The notes: generated by a model not told the origin, from the sequence alone. Positions 1 through 10,952 are shown, counted from the stretch's first letter. The stretch: DNA of 64,000 nt from Candidatus Poribacteria bacterium (GCA_965197475.1 CBDANF010000002.1:1120001-1184000), one strand, 5' to 3'. Translations and numbers: made by a program.

Positions 1-653
1 AATCCATCAAGCACAAAATAACGGAGTGGGATCCAGTCGCCAACCATTTGTAGCAGTGCCTTGACCATTGTTTGAAGTTGTTTCAACACATCGGTAAGCA
101 CGACATCGTTTTTGTTCCGGTTTCGGCTCCCTTTTGGGCGTCCGCGTTTGTGTTTTGGTGTGGTTGCCTCGGTGTTTTTACGATGTTCGGATGCACAAAC
201 TCCCGGATTTGACGATGAAGTGCCACGCACGATTTGCTCCATAACCATCGGATAGGAACGCCTTTGATTGACACTCACTAAGGATACGGCTAAAAACGCT
301 AAACCGGGGATCGCTTTTCCGGACAATGAGGAAAAGAAACGGGATAAACCATAAGTAGAGTTTCCCGATTTTGATACGACTACTTCGTCTCCTGCGAGGA
401 TATAGTCACTTTCACGATCAAGCAGATGCGTGCGAAAAAACATCCAGCAAATAGTCGTCCAAGGCAGAACATTGTTGAAAAAGCGTTGTCCGGTGCGGTA
501 GCTGCCTCCTTGTGATGTCCAACGCGATATATTTCGCATGGTGACCCGCCCAGTCATCGCAAGCAGTGCAAGGACAACTTGGCAAAACTGTCGGATCGGC
601 GTTGCAGATAAATGTGGAATAAAAACATTAAACAGTGCTATAATTTCAGGCAT
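1..653 (-). pseudogene. Frameshifted DDE transposase (IS4/IS701-like)
   Basis: Manual translation across frameshifts: MPEIIALFNVFIPHLSAT...RVTMRNISRWTSQGGSYRTGQRFF...LAGDEVVVSKSG...KRGRPKGSRNRNK...YFVLDG; no intact ORF in the track. Confidence 0.75.
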
Positions 654-705
654 GGGTGATTGTCCTTTCTAAGTTATGTTTAACTGTTATAACTTGTAAA
701 CTGTT

Positions 706-857
706 CAGGACGGACGCATTTCCTCTTAAAGTCCCCCTGATAAGGGGGACTTAGGGGGCGGGCCCCATAGCGATAGCGTCCGGGGAGATAAAATACCAAA
801 ATTCTGCTTATTTAACCCCCCTAACCCCCCTTATCAAGGGGGAATGCGTCCGTCCTG
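706..857. mobile_element. MITE family A (TIR CAGGAC(GG/TT)ACGCA), copy 1
   Basis: CAGGACGGACGCATT...AATGCGTCCGTCCTG, internal G/C-tract palindromes, 5-bp TSD CTGTT. Confidence 0.9.
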
Positions 858-952
858 CTGTTATAACTTTAGGACAAACGCCCAATTTATTCAACTATTT
901 TTGGCGAAGGTATTGAATCATAATTAAAGAAATATACAAGGAGGTTGCAAAA

Positions 953-2437
953 ATGAAGGTTTTTGCATTGTTTTTGAGTGTACTAATGATAGTGGCATTT
1001 ATAGGTGGATGTGATGAAGGAATGGATATGATGAAACCAGCAATGGAAGATCATACCGCACCAAAATCACCAATGGAACCTGAAGCAAAACCGCCAGTAG
1101 ACCCAGGGATGATGGGTGGTATGAAAAAACCAGAAGAACCCACAACACCCGATCAGGATCTTGAACCACCAGCAGTAACAGAAGTCACCTATTACACCGA
1201 TCAACAGCTGACTACTGAACTGACAGGCACCGTCGAAGAAGGGACGACAATATATACCAAAATAATATTTTCTGAGCCGATGCAGTTTGTTGTCTCAGAC
1301 AACAAAAACGCACGGCCAGTAATAAGTTTTGTAATAGAAAGCAAGGCAGCCCGATTTCAAGTGAAACCACACGACACATCTGAGAAAAATTTCAAAAGCG
1401 GTGACTGCAAACCGCTTGGAAATAGCACTAACGAATTCATTTGTAAATACACAACACAAGCAGACGATGACGGTGTATTTGCTATACAAGTCGACAGTGT
1501 CAATGCGGACAAGAGTGGCAACACACTTACCACTGATTACATAAGCGATGCTACTCTGATACTTCAGCCAGCAGAGATACAGGAAATGGGAGAGCCAGAT
1601 CCTGATGATCAACCGGTACGCCCGGGTGAATCCGCTCTGTCCGAAGAGGAAGCACGGGAAAAGGCCCATGGGATTGCACGGGAACTGTATCCGCTGTACG
1701 TGGAGGCAAGAAGAACAGGAAGGCGCGAACTGTACGAAAAACGCAATACGGCATTCAAGGAAAAAACAGGGCTTGAATTCGCACCCCTCGTACGAGCACT
1801 CGGAAAAATACAGCGTCAAGAAGATCCGACAGCCAAAGAGTTCTACGCAATGGGAAAGAATTCTCCCATGCAAATGATCGCCGAGTACCTGTATCTTTTC
1901 TATCGGTACCCGGAAAAAACAGAAGCCGAACTCCTTGAACTCTTCCGCCAGGCAGCACGAAACGGAGCAACAACCGTAGACAGAGAACAAGTCAAACTTC
2001 TTTTCGAAGAACCTCCGGATCCGCTCTATGAAGAAGCAAAGCGCATATCGGAGCGTCTGTTCCATATCTACGGTGATCTATGGAAAAAAGAGCTTGAAAA
2101 CCCATCACCTGACTTCCTCACAACCGTGAGCGAAGCGTTTGTGGAGGAAACAGGCATTGCGTGGTTTACTAGCACCCTGGTATTCGACCATCTTCCGAAT
2201 TGGTACCTACTTGAACACCCAGAGGACAAAGAATACCTGAAAATTGTCAGAACTTACGGAGAACAAGCAAAAATACTTGTTACAGAATTCCTCTATGTCA
2301 TTTTCAGCCACCCGGAAGAGAATGTTCTGTGGGTACTGCTTGACCCACATTTCAGAGAACATGTGCGGAACAAGGACCTCTTTGATGAGACGAGAATACA
2401 AAATGGAGAGTACGTTGTTGAAGAAGAATATTATTGA
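953..2437 (+). CDS. Putative lipoprotein with Pro-rich linker, Ig-like beta domain and duplicated helical C-terminal domain
   Basis: 494-aa ORF, RBS AGGAGG, lipobox-like FIGGC, repeated 'EYLYLF..YPE / EFLYVIF.HPE' motif. Confidence 0.75.
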   Translation: MKVFALFLSVLMIVAFIGGCDEGMDMMKPAMEDHTAPKSPMEPEAKPPVDPGMMGGMKKPEEPTTPDQDLEPPAVTEVTYYTDQQLTTELTGTVEEGTTIYTKIIFSEPMQFVVSDNKNARPVISFVIESKAARFQVKPHDTSEKNFKSGDCKPLGNSTNEFICKYTTQADDDGVFAIQVDSVNADKSGNTLTTDYISDATLILQPAEIQEMGEPDPDDQPVRPGESALSEEEAREKAHGIARELYPLYVEARRTGRRELYEKRNTAFKEKTGLEFAPLVRALGKIQRQEDPTAKEFYAMGKNSPMQMIAEYLYLFYRYPEKTEAELLELFRQAARNGATTVDREQVKLLFEEPPDPLYEEAKRISERLFHIYGDLWKKELENPSPDFLTTVSEAFVEETGIAWFTSTLVFDHLPNWYLLEHPEDKEYLKIVRTYGEQAKILVTEFLYVIFSHPEENVLWVLLDPHFREHVRNKDLFDETRIQNGEYVVEEEYY

Positions 2438-2458
2438 CATCTCACGTACTGATCAACC

Positions 2459-2493
2459 AAAACGACCTGTGTAGTACAACACAGGTCGTTTTT
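2459..2493 (+). terminator. Rho-independent terminator
   Basis: AAAACGACCTGTGT-agtaca-ACACAGGTCGTTTTT just after the stop at 2437. Confidence 0.8.
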
Positions 2494-2743
2494 CTATACC
2501 CAACACAGCATCACTGCATTGTTACCCACAAACATGCTTTACGTACAGACATCATCTGCAGAAAATGCGAATAATACCAAATTGACGAGATTTGTCTTAT
2601 TTTTCTGGGCAGACAGCGCGTTTACATGGAGATTAAGTATTTAAATCGGTAATCCAAGGCCCGGTAGGTGCAGTTTCATGAAGTTTGCGCTACAAATGCA
2701 GATAAGGAATTTGACGGTAAACCGCACCAGTTTTCAAAATTGT

Positions 2744-2864
2744 CAGGACGGACGCATTCCCCCTTGATAAGGGGGGTTAGGGGGGTTAAATAAGCAGAAT
2801 TTTGGTATTTTAACCCCCTAACCCCCTTATCAGGGGGACTTTAAGAGAAAATGCGTAAGTCCTG
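2744..2864. mobile_element. MITE family A, copy 2
   Basis: TIRs CAGGACGGACGCA / TGCGTAAGTCCTG, TSD ATTGT. Confidence 0.9.
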
Positions 2865-3006
2865 ATTGTTATACCAAGCTCACGTTAAAACTAAATAATC
2901 CTGGGAAACTAAATTTCCGTATTGTGTGTATTCAACAATTATGCTATAATCCCACTATATCTGATAAATAATACCATTTCTAATTGACAAATTGTCATAA
3001 CATATT

Positions 3007-3361
3007 GTAGGTCGGGTTGAGCTTGCGAAACCCGACATGGCACTATAAAAAGTCGGGTTTCGCTATCGCTTCTACCTGGCCTACGAAATAATAGACATTA
3101 TAATGATTTAATCGTCCGTCCCTGATATCACTAAGACCGAAATATAGTCTAAACGCTAATGGCTTGTCCGTCGGGTAGAGTTTGCGAAACCCGACATGTT
3201 TGTTCTGAATGTCAAGTGTTCAGATGGTGGAAGTTACCGTTTTATAGATTGCGAAATCTCCTATATTATCTCTGGAACCCTGATATTGTCGGGTTGAGCT
3301 TGCGAAACCCGACATGGCACTATAAAAAGTCGGGTTTCGCTATCGCTTCTACCTGGCCTAC
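3007..3361. repeat. Two near-identical GTAG-type REP doublets (3007-3084 and 3288-3361)
   Basis: GTCGGGTTGAGCTTGCGAAACCCGAC...GTCGGGTTTCGCTATCGCTTCTACCTGGCCTAC occurs twice. Confidence 0.8.
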
Positions 3362-3394
3362 GAAATAATGTAGAGCGTATCTCATAAATCTTAT

Positions 3395-3471
3395 GTAGGA
3401 CGAGGTCTCTGGGTTTCCTCGTCATGTCTTGAGAACGGAAACAACGGGCGGGCACAGAGACCCGCCCCTAC
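3395..3471. repeat. GTAG-type REP doublet inside ATCTCATAAATC/GATTTATGAGAT inverted repeats
   Basis: GTAGGACGAGG...GGGCGGGCACAGAGACCCGCCCCTAC. Confidence 0.6.
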
Positions 3472-3624
3472 GATGAAGTTGGATTCTCTGAAGGGAAACG
3501 TGTTTAACGATTTATGAGATAGACTGTAGTATTATCATATAGAAATGGTATAACATCTATAACAGATTATTCTAATTCCCTCTGCTAACGTGGCACTGGG
3601 GAAATATCCATAAGGAGCAAAATT

Positions 3625-4839
3625 GTGGAAAAACAGTTCAAAGTTCGTGCTGCACATTGCGATTATCGTGCAACCGAAGAAGAGATCTACCAGACTCTCC
3701 GCCGCATCACCGACCCGCTTACCCAAGCTTGGAAGCCGATAGAAGATGCCAAAAAGGTCGTTATCAAATTCAACATGATGAAACCACATGAACGCATTAT
3801 CTATTTTGAGGGACGTCGCCGCGAATTAGTTGACGATGCTGTGTGCAGTGCCTTACTGCGATTGATAAAAGAGCGGACGACAGCGCAACTCATCGCTACA
3901 GATACAAACCCATATACTCACGGACATCGGATGCCGCCCGGTTTCAACTACGAACACCATCTCAAGGAATTCGATGTGCAATTTGTCGATTCAAACCTAC
4001 CGCCGTTTAAAGTCTACGATGTTCCGGGAGGTGGTTCTATGTTTGACCGATATACGTTGAGTGCATGTTTTGACGATGCAGATGCGGTCATTTCCGTAGC
4101 AAAGATGAAAAATCACGCCTTTATGGGCATCACTTTATGCACTAAGAATCTCTTCGGTTTGCCACCGATGCTGCTCCCTGAAGGTAGAACGCGAAGTTAC
4201 TATCACCACCTTATCCGTCTATCCTACGTCCTACCAGACCTTGCCCTGATTACAAAGCCGTGTCTCAATATTATCGATGCGCTGACAGGACAGTGGGGAC
4301 GCGAGTGGGGTGGTGAAGGCAGAATCTGCAACGCACTTATTGCAGGTGATCATCCAATTTCTACAGACACCGTCGGCATGCACTTGATGGGACATGACCC
4401 TGCATCCGATTGGCCCACGCCCCCCTTCAAACGCGATCGAAACCATATTCTCATCGCTGCACAACGCGGATACGGCACTGTTGACTTAAACGAGATCGAT
4501 TGGGAAAGCGAGGTTAAAGCACCTCTGGCGGAATTCGATTCGGTGGAAACGGATACCCTAGAAACGGTCGCCAATTGGCGGCGCACGACATGTGAACAAG
4601 GGTTAGTTTATCTCGAAAACCAGAAAGACATGATTGACCGATATCGCGGAAATTTCGTCTACCTGCAGGGTGGTGAAGTTGTATGGAGCGGTCCAGATCC
4701 TTCAAATCTGGGAAGTCGCCGTCAACTCAGTGGAGATAAGAAGGACAGCGCGCTCTGGCTCAAACTTGTTGACGCAGAGGAACACGAAGCGGAACGGTTT
4801 AATGTCTATGAGGAGTGCCTAAAAGCCTTTGCAGCGTAA
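3625..4839 (+). CDS. DUF362 domain protein
   Basis: Motifs 'VVIKFN', 'ISVAKMKNH..MGITLCTKNLFG', 'LNIIDAL', 'GDHPISTD'. Confidence 0.8.
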   Translation: MEKQFKVRAAHCDYRATEEEIYQTLRRITDPLTQAWKPIEDAKKVVIKFNMMKPHERIIYFEGRRRELVDDAVCSALLRLIKERTTAQLIATDTNPYTHGHRMPPGFNYEHHLKEFDVQFVDSNLPPFKVYDVPGGGSMFDRYTLSACFDDADAVISVAKMKNHAFMGITLCTKNLFGLPPMLLPEGRTRSYYHHLIRLSYVLPDLALITKPCLNIIDALTGQWGREWGGEGRICNALIAGDHPISTDTVGMHLMGHDPASDWPTPPFKRDRNHILIAAQRGYGTVDLNEIDWESEVKAPLAEFDSVETDTLETVANWRRTTCEQGLVYLENQKDMIDRYRGNFVYLQGGEVVWSGPDPSNLGSRRQLSGDKKDSALWLKLVDAEEHEAERFNVYEECLKAFAA

Positions 4840-4907
4840 AATATAGAATTGCCACAGCAAATATGTTATACTGACATTGTAAACTGAGAGAAGTCTTATA
4901 GGAACTT

Positions 4908-5028
4908 CAGGACTTACGCAATGTGTTTAAAAGTCCCCTTGATAAGGGGGATTTAGGGGGTTAAAAGCACAAATTCTGCCTATTTAACCCCCCTAACCCC
5001 CTTATCAAGGGGGAATGCGTAAGTCCTG
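4908..5028. mobile_element. MITE family A, copy 3
   Basis: CAGGACTTACGCA...TGCGTAAGTCCTG, flanking duplication GAACTT. Confidence 0.9.
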
Positions 5029-5039
5029 GAACTTATTAA

Positions 5040-5513
5040 ATGGTGAAAGATAAAGAGGAGAAAACTGACATAGACCAAGAACAGGAGATTGTGCAGATTC
5101 TTGGTATTAGGCGAAAATGGTTAGACGTAGCATTAAAAATCTATTCCGTTATCTTTTGTGCTTATTCTTTTTTTGTTATTCGCGAAGGGTTTAGCATCGG
5201 AAAACCGATAATGGAGGCATCAGAGGCTATCGTTGTCCATCTCGCCGCTTTTAGTGTCGTTGAAACAATGGGCCTCATTGTACTATTTCAAGGAGCAGAT
5301 TTTCTCATGTATTTAACAGAAATATTTAGAGCGAAACTTCAAAGAAAGGTTGAAAAAGCCAGGATTGAAGGCAAAGCTGAAGGTAAAGATGAAGGCAAAG
5401 CTGAAGTCTACAAGGCAGTAGATGCCTGGAATAAGCGGCGGTTGGAAGCCGAAGCAAAGGGACTCCCTTTTGATGAACCACCTCCGACAAATTCACAAGA
5501 AGAATCTGAATAA
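5040..5513 (+). CDS. Hypothetical membrane protein with EGKAEG-repeat tail
   Basis: 157-aa ORF, two hydrophobic segments. Confidence 0.65.
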   Translation: MVKDKEEKTDIDQEQEIVQILGIRRKWLDVALKIYSVIFCAYSFFVIREGFSIGKPIMEASEAIVVHLAAFSVVETMGLIVLFQGADFLMYLTEIFRAKLQRKVEKARIEGKAEGKDEGKAEVYKAVDAWNKRRLEAEAKGLPFDEPPPTNSQEESE

Positions 5514-5633
5514 CAGCATCGGAATTTAGTTGTGCCTTTTCGCATTTTATATTGACATAGGAAAATTCAGATGGGTATCACCGAGGTACAAAAGAAGCAA
5601 TTAGATGAGTAAGGATGCATCGTCATTCCGGAT

Positions 5634-6311
5634 GTGCTTTCCGACGAAGAAATCAAGATGTATAAAACCGATATTCTTCGGTTAGCCGAGCAGGAAAAAC
5701 AGGACGGTTCGGCACTTCGCCACACAAACGGATACGGTCAACATGTGCGTTGGTTGATGAATAAGGGCAAGATTTATGAGCGGCTCGTCGCACATCCCAA
5801 GGTGATGCCTTTCTTTGAACATCTACTTGGTGCAGATTACACACTAAGCACCCTCACCTCTAACATCATTGATCCGGGTGCTCCCGATGGTGGGTATCAC
5901 GTTGACAGCGTTTTAGGTGGAATGCTGGAACCGCTGCCCAGCTTTCCGTTAGTCGCCAACAGTCTCTGGCTACTTGACGATTTTACACCAGAAAACGGCG
6001 GCACGCGCCATGTACCGGGTATTCACCTTCAACAGATAAAACCGCCCCCAGGCACCACACATCACCCTGATGAAGTGCGTCTCTCTGCACCAAAAGGCTC
6101 CGTATTTCTGTTCAACGGCGCAGTCTGGCATTCAGCAGGTGCTAACCAAACCGATCAACAGCGTATCGCCCTCATCTGTTTCTGTTGTCGCTCTTTTGTA
6201 AAACCGATGTTTGACTTTGTGCATTACCTTGAACCAGATGTAGTTGAACGCGCTACACCAACAATGCGTAGAATTTATGGATTTGATTCTCAACCGAGAC
6301 CGCCAGATTAA
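5634..6311 (+). CDS. Phytanoyl-CoA dioxygenase (PhyH) family 2OG-Fe(II) oxygenase
   Basis: HxD motif (YHVD), 'LDDFTPENGGT', distal His in 'WHSAGAN', Arg in 'RIAL'. Confidence 0.9.
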   Translation: MLSDEEIKMYKTDILRLAEQEKQDGSALRHTNGYGQHVRWLMNKGKIYERLVAHPKVMPFFEHLLGADYTLSTLTSNIIDPGAPDGGYHVDSVLGGMLEPLPSFPLVANSLWLLDDFTPENGGTRHVPGIHLQQIKPPPGTTHHPDEVRLSAPKGSVFLFNGAVWHSAGANQTDQQRIALICFCCRSFVKPMFDFVHYLEPDVVERATPTMRRIYGFDSQPRPPD

Positions 6312-6714
6312 CCTTAGCACTAATTGTAGTTGTATATCAACTATTTAAAAGTTCCTTGACTTATTCTGCTTTCCATGTAATAATTAACTGTTAAAAATAT
6401 ATTTATAATTGAAAGTTCCGTTAGAATCAATTAGGGTCATTTAGTTTAGGTTTTCAGAATGCCACATTAGGACTTAGCGCGCTATAATTCGCGTATATCG
6501 GGGTTACAAACCCCTCCCACAAGAATAATTCACGCTGAATTTCAAGAAACCGCGGAAAACTAAATAGCCCTGAGAATCAATCTAGAGACTTAAAATATTT
6601 TACAACCTTTGGTATTCTTTTATATTTGTTACGTAATAAAAAGACGGTAATTGCCCAGTAATTCTTTATCATACGCCTTTGAATCAGATTGACCTGACAC
6701 GGAGGACACTCAGC

Positions 6715-6993
6715 ATGGCAAATACAATTCCCAGTGACCAAGTGCTCCTGACTATACCCATGCGCCGAGTTGTGGAACTTGCAGCCGCTCAATTAGCTTC
6801 TGTCATCGCTGAATCAATGAGTTTTAGTGACAAGCAGATTGAAGATATACAATCGGCGATGCTTGAATTCTGCATTAACGCCTTTGAGCATAGCAAAAGC
6901 CCGAATCAGAAGGCATTCATTGAGTTCATCATAAGGATAAACGAATTGAAATTCAAAATTACAGACCAGGGAATTGACATCATACGCATATAA
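6715..6993 (+). pseudogene. Truncated tandem duplicate of the RsbW-like anti-sigma kinase
   Basis: Highly similar to the first ~86 aa of 7028-7462; ends at 'DQGIDIIRI*' without the ATP-lid G boxes. Confidence 0.7.
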
Positions 6994-7027
6994 ATCGGAT
7001 TGTTCTAAACAAGGAGGATAACGCAAC

Positions 7028-7462
7028 GTGGCAAATCAAATTTCCAATGACCAAGTGCTCCTGACTATACCGATGCGCCCAGATATGGAACTTGTAGCCG
7101 CTAAATCCGCTTCTGTTATCGCTGAATCAATGAGTTTTAGCGAACAGCAGATTGAAGAAATTCAAATGGCTACAATTGAATCCTGTATTAACGCATTTGA
7201 GCATAGCAACAGTGCAGATCAAAAGGTATTTATTGAGTTTATTATGAGAGCACATGAATTGGAATTCAAAATTACAGACCAGGGAGTCGGCTTTGCCCCT
7301 GAAAACCGACCAAAACGTAGAAATAGTCAACCAGATTTGCATTCAGACATGCGGAAGCGCGGATGGGGGTTAGAAATTATACATGCTCTCATGGATAGTG
7401 TACACATTATGAGCGGAGAAGACGGAACAACAATCACCATGGTTAAGTGTAAGACTGCGTAA
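7028..7462 (+). CDS. rsbW: Anti-sigma factor / Ser-Thr kinase (HATPase_c, RsbW/SpoIIAB-like)
   Basis: N box 'ESCINAFEH', 'DQGVGF', 'RGWGLEII..LMD', 'GTTITMVK'. Confidence 0.85.
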   Translation: MANQISNDQVLLTIPMRPDMELVAAKSASVIAESMSFSEQQIEEIQMATIESCINAFEHSNSADQKVFIEFIMRAHELEFKITDQGVGFAPENRPKRRNSQPDLHSDMRKRGWGLEIIHALMDSVHIMSGEDGTTITMVKCKTA

Positions 7463-7502
7463 ACATCTGCATAGACTGCTTTGATTTTCAAGGAGGAAAA
7501 GT

Positions 7503-7847
7503 TTGGCAAATAAATTTGATATTCAGATTCGTGCTGAGCAGCAGTACGCCGTACTAGAAACAGCAGGATACCTAAATGACGCGCTCGGAGAAGACCTGTC
7601 AAAGAGAGCGCAAGAACTCATTGAGAAAGGATATACCCAACTGGTAATCAATTTGGATAAAACAGCATTGATTAACAGCATCGGCATCTCCATTCTGATA
7701 GAAATTATTGAGGCACTTGAGGAACGGAACGGAACGTTGAATTTCTGCGGGTTGTCCGCAACACAGGAACGTACTTTTCGTATGATGGCAATCGCAAAAT
7801 ACGCAGGAATCTTTCCTGATGAAAAGACAGCTATCGCGAATTTTTAG
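7503..7847 (+). CDS. rsbV: STAS-domain anti-sigma factor antagonist (RsbV/SpoIIAA-like)
   Basis: 'LVINL...LINSIGISIL' with the phosphoacceptor Ser. Confidence 0.85.
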   Translation: MANKFDIQIRAEQQYAVLETAGYLNDALGEDLSKRAQELIEKGYTQLVINLDKTALINSIGISILIEIIEALEERNGTLNFCGLSATQERTFRMMAIAKYAGIFPDEKTAIANF

Positions 7848-7953
7848 CGAACACTCAACTAAACATACTAACTGATATACCTGGACCGTCAAAACCACCG
7901 TTCTTTACCAAAACGGGTTGACAGGATTGAATGCCTACCGAAAGTATAAAGAC

Positions 7954-8075
7954 CAGGACTTACGCATTCCCCTTGATAAGGGGGATTAGGGGGGTTAAAT
8001 AGGCAGAATTTAGTGCTTTTAACCCCCCTAATCCCCCTTATCAAGGGGACTTTTAAACACATTGCGTAAGTCCTG
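7954..8075. mobile_element. MITE family A, copy 4 (between rsbV and rsbU)
   Basis: TIRs present, TSD AAGAC. Confidence 0.9.
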
Positions 8076-8096
8076 AAGACAAAGGAACAATCCGAC

Positions 8097-9977
8097 ATGC
8101 ACCTAAGTTCAGCAGAAGAAACTATACAAAGGTTAATATTCAGCTTATCCGAACTGGAGCAATTAGGTCGGACGCTTATCTCTGGACACAGCAACTTTAA
8201 TGTTTCAAGTAAAACCTATCTTCGAATTGCGCTCGGCACCCTTCAGGTAACTCGAGGTGCTATTCTCTGTTACCATCCTACAGATAATTACCTGACCGTT
8301 GCTGCCTCAACTCCTGAGGTAGAAGCCCCACCAATTGATATTGAACCAGACGAAGTTGATAGTTTACTACAGTGTGCGTTTGTTGAGTTAAACGCTCCGC
8401 CAACAAACCTAAAAGATTTCATTGATCGAAACGTTGAATTACTGAATGGCAATGTGGAGCATCGTCTGTGGGTCCCCTTAAAAATCCATGACGAATTTCT
8501 TGGAATCCTGAGTTTAGGAAAATTTTTAGGACGTGCTAAGTTAGAAGCATGGGAACAGGAGCTTCTCACCATTCTTGCACACCAAATTTCAATCGCAATC
8601 GCATATTCCAGGAATGTTGAAGAGATACAAAATGAAAAATTTCGGTTGTTTATGTTGGCTGAAAGTGCACCGCAAATATGCCAATTATTGAAACCAGAAG
8701 ATGCCGCGGAGCAGGTAGTCAATCAAGCTGTGGCACTCCTTGATGCAAATGTCGGCGGACTCATGTTAATGCACCCACAGCAAAAACTGCAATTAGAATA
8801 TGCTTACCCTCCCGAAGTTCTGATTTCAGAAAACGAAGACCAAGACGGAAAAAGTTCTTTCTCTATTTCGTTAGAAGATGTAGAAGCGAGTGCACCGGAA
8901 GCAAATGAGGCAACAGCATTAGACATGTTAGTTGGTGTTGTCAGACAAGGCAGGACAGACCGCCGCTCCGCTAAAACACATACCTTTCTCGGTGCAAGAA
9001 ACTTGATGGCGGGTCCGATACAGGGACGCGACGGTGATATTTTAGGCGTGCTCATTGTGGGGGACAAAGAAGAACGCGGTGGAAGAATCGCTAAGTTTAC
9101 TGATGAAGATGAAATCCTCCTTGATTCTTTTGCTAAACAAGCAGGTGTGGCAATTGAAAACGCGCGTCTACATCAAGAGGCACTTGAAGCACGCCAATTA
9201 CAAGCGGAAATGGAGGAAGCTCGGAAAATCCAAGAAAACCTGATACCTGATACACTTCCTGACATACCGGGATATGAAGTTGCTGGACATTACGAACCGC
9301 GCGGTCCCGTCGGTGGCGATTACTTCGACTGTATTGAACTACCTACTGGTGGATGGGGGCTTGCTATTGCTGATGTCTCAGGCAAAGGGATGCAAGCAGC
9401 CCTTTTGATGGCAACACTTCGGGCAGGACTCCTCTCAGAACTATCAAGATCAAGAGTTCATGAAGACGAATCCATAGATATGAAGAATGAACTCATTGAC
9501 ATGGCAATGACACTGAATTCGCTACTTTACGTCAGTGGAACGGAGGAAAAATATGCTACGTTCTTCTATAGCCATCTTAATCCAGAAACAGACGTAATGA
9601 CATCACTGAATGGCGGACACAATCCACCATTGATCGTAAAAAACGATGGAAACATCGTGTGGCTTGGGGAAGAGGTCGGTGGACTGCCGCTCGGAATGTT
9701 TCCGAATGATATGGTGCCACTGATCGCAAAATATGAGGCTGAACAGGTAAAACTCGAAAGTGGCGATCTTATCATCTTCTATACCGACGGTGTTACCGAA
9801 ACCGTCAACGTTGCGGATGAGTATTATGATGAAGAACGTCTTGAACAGGTCGCGAAAACATGCCACGATGGTGATGCCTCGCATATATGTAACATTATCT
9901 ATCGGGCGGTAATGGACTTTCAGGGAGACGCGGATCAATTTGACGATTTAACCCTGCTTGTCCTGCGCAAGAAATAG
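8097..9977 (+). CDS. rsbU: GAF-GAF-SpoIIE PP2C phosphatase (RsbU-like)
   Basis: Two GAF domains; 'VGGDYFD', 'IADVSGKG', 'YTDGVTE', 'DDLTL'. Confidence 0.9.
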   Translation: MHLSSAEETIQRLIFSLSELEQLGRTLISGHSNFNVSSKTYLRIALGTLQVTRGAILCYHPTDNYLTVAASTPEVEAPPIDIEPDEVDSLLQCAFVELNAPPTNLKDFIDRNVELLNGNVEHRLWVPLKIHDEFLGILSLGKFLGRAKLEAWEQELLTILAHQISIAIAYSRNVEEIQNEKFRLFMLAESAPQICQLLKPEDAAEQVVNQAVALLDANVGGLMLMHPQQKLQLEYAYPPEVLISENEDQDGKSSFSISLEDVEASAPEANEATALDMLVGVVRQGRTDRRSAKTHTFLGARNLMAGPIQGRDGDILGVLIVGDKEERGGRIAKFTDEDEILLDSFAKQAGVAIENARLHQEALEARQLQAEMEEARKIQENLIPDTLPDIPGYEVAGHYEPRGPVGGDYFDCIELPTGGWGLAIADVSGKGMQAALLMATLRAGLLSELSRSRVHEDESIDMKNELIDMAMTLNSLLYVSGTEEKYATFFYSHLNPETDVMTSLNGGHNPPLIVKNDGNIVWLGEEVGGLPLGMFPNDMVPLIAKYEAEQVKLESGDLIIFYTDGVTETVNVADEYYDEERLEQVAKTCHDGDASHICNIIYRAVMDFQGDADQFDDLTLLVLRKK

Positions 9978-9989
9978 GAAGCCAAAACT

Positions 9990-10952
9990 ATGCAACAGAG
10001 AACAGAAGGACGTCGATTCTTAAATCCCACAATCCTCGCTCAAATTGGCAATCTTGAACTTATTGCTAAATTTGTTGTAGAAGGATTCATATCAGGATTA
10101 CACAAAAGCCCATACCACGGGTTTAGTGTTGAGTTTTCGCAATACAGGCAATATATGCCAGGGGACGACACGAAACACATCGACTGGAAAGTTTACGGCA
10201 GAACTGACCGGTACTACATCAAACAGTTTGAGGAAGAGACCAATCTAAACTGCTATATCCTATTAGATACCAGCCAATCTATGGCACATCCATCCCCTGA
10301 GGATTTACAAGAAATAGACGCGTCTCAACAAACTGAGACATCTGGAGATGTAGGCCCCTTATCAAAACTCCGCTATGCCAGTTTCCTTATCGCCTCACTC
10401 TCATATTTTATGGCAAAACAACGAGATGCCGTCGGATTCGCTTATTTTGATGAAAAAGTACATCAGTATCTACCTGCGCGGAGTAGTGCCTCACACATGC
10501 ATTCCATCTTATTGACATTGGAAAACCTTCAAACGGCAAAAGAAACCCGAATTGGCGAACCGCTACACCAAATCGCAGAACGGTTGACGAAACGCGGATT
10601 AGTAATTCTCATTTCCGACCTTTATGATGAAAACCCCGATGAGGTAATTGAAGGACTTGAACACCTCCGTTATGATGGGCACGAAGTTATTGTTTTTCAC
10701 CTACTATCCGAACAAGAAGTAGAATTTGAGTTTGAAAAACTTATCCGTTTCGTTGATGCTGAAAATGACCAAGAAATTATTACGACACCGCAGGTTATTC
10801 GCGAGAGTTATCTCAGCAATTTCAACGATTTTATTAACCATTATAGGACAGCGTTGAACCAATCGGATATTGATTACAACCTGATAAATACGTCAACCCC
10901 GATTGACCGCTCGCTTTCATCATATCTCGCAAAACGGCAAGGCTTTATATAA
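9990..10952 (+). CDS. DUF58 domain protein (MoxR-associated vWA)
   Basis: 'GLHKSPYHGFSVEFSQYRQYMPGDD..IDWKVYGR', 'LDTSQSM'. Confidence 0.9.
   Translation: MQQRTEGRRFLNPTILAQIGNLELIAKFVVEGFISGLHKSPYHGFSVEFSQYRQYMPGDDTKHIDWKVYGRTDRYYIKQFEEETNLNCYILLDTSQSMAHPSPEDLQEIDASQQTETSGDVGPLSKLRYASFLIASLSYFMAKQRDAVGFAYFDEKVHQYLPARSSASHMHSILLTLENLQTAKETRIGEPLHQIAERLTKRGLVILISDLYDENPDEVIEGLEHLRYDGHEVIVFHLLSEQEVEFEFEKLIRFVDAENDQEIITTPQVIRESYLSNFNDFINHYRTALNQSDIDYNLINTSTPIDRSLSSYLAKRQGFI

Larger units (their letters stand above)
1..915 (-). mobile_element. IS4/IS701-like insertion sequence relic, runs off the window start
   Basis: Minus-strand transposase remnant at 1-653; candidate terminus CAATACCTTCGCCAAAAATAG (minus strand) ends at 915; a MITE is inserted at 706-857. 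Confidence 0.6.

Noticed and set aside
1295-2065. 256-aa minus-strand ORF
   Set aside because: Fully antisense to the 494-aa lipoprotein, with no recognisable motifs or RBS.
2761-2790. Telomere-like TTAGGG / G-quadruplex motif in MITE A
   Set aside because: The G tracts have complementary C tracts within the element and are better explained as hairpin arms.
3002-3370. Direct repeats as a possible CRISPR array
   Set aside because: Only two ~80-bp palindromic REP doublets; no regular repeat-spacer periodicity and no cas genes.
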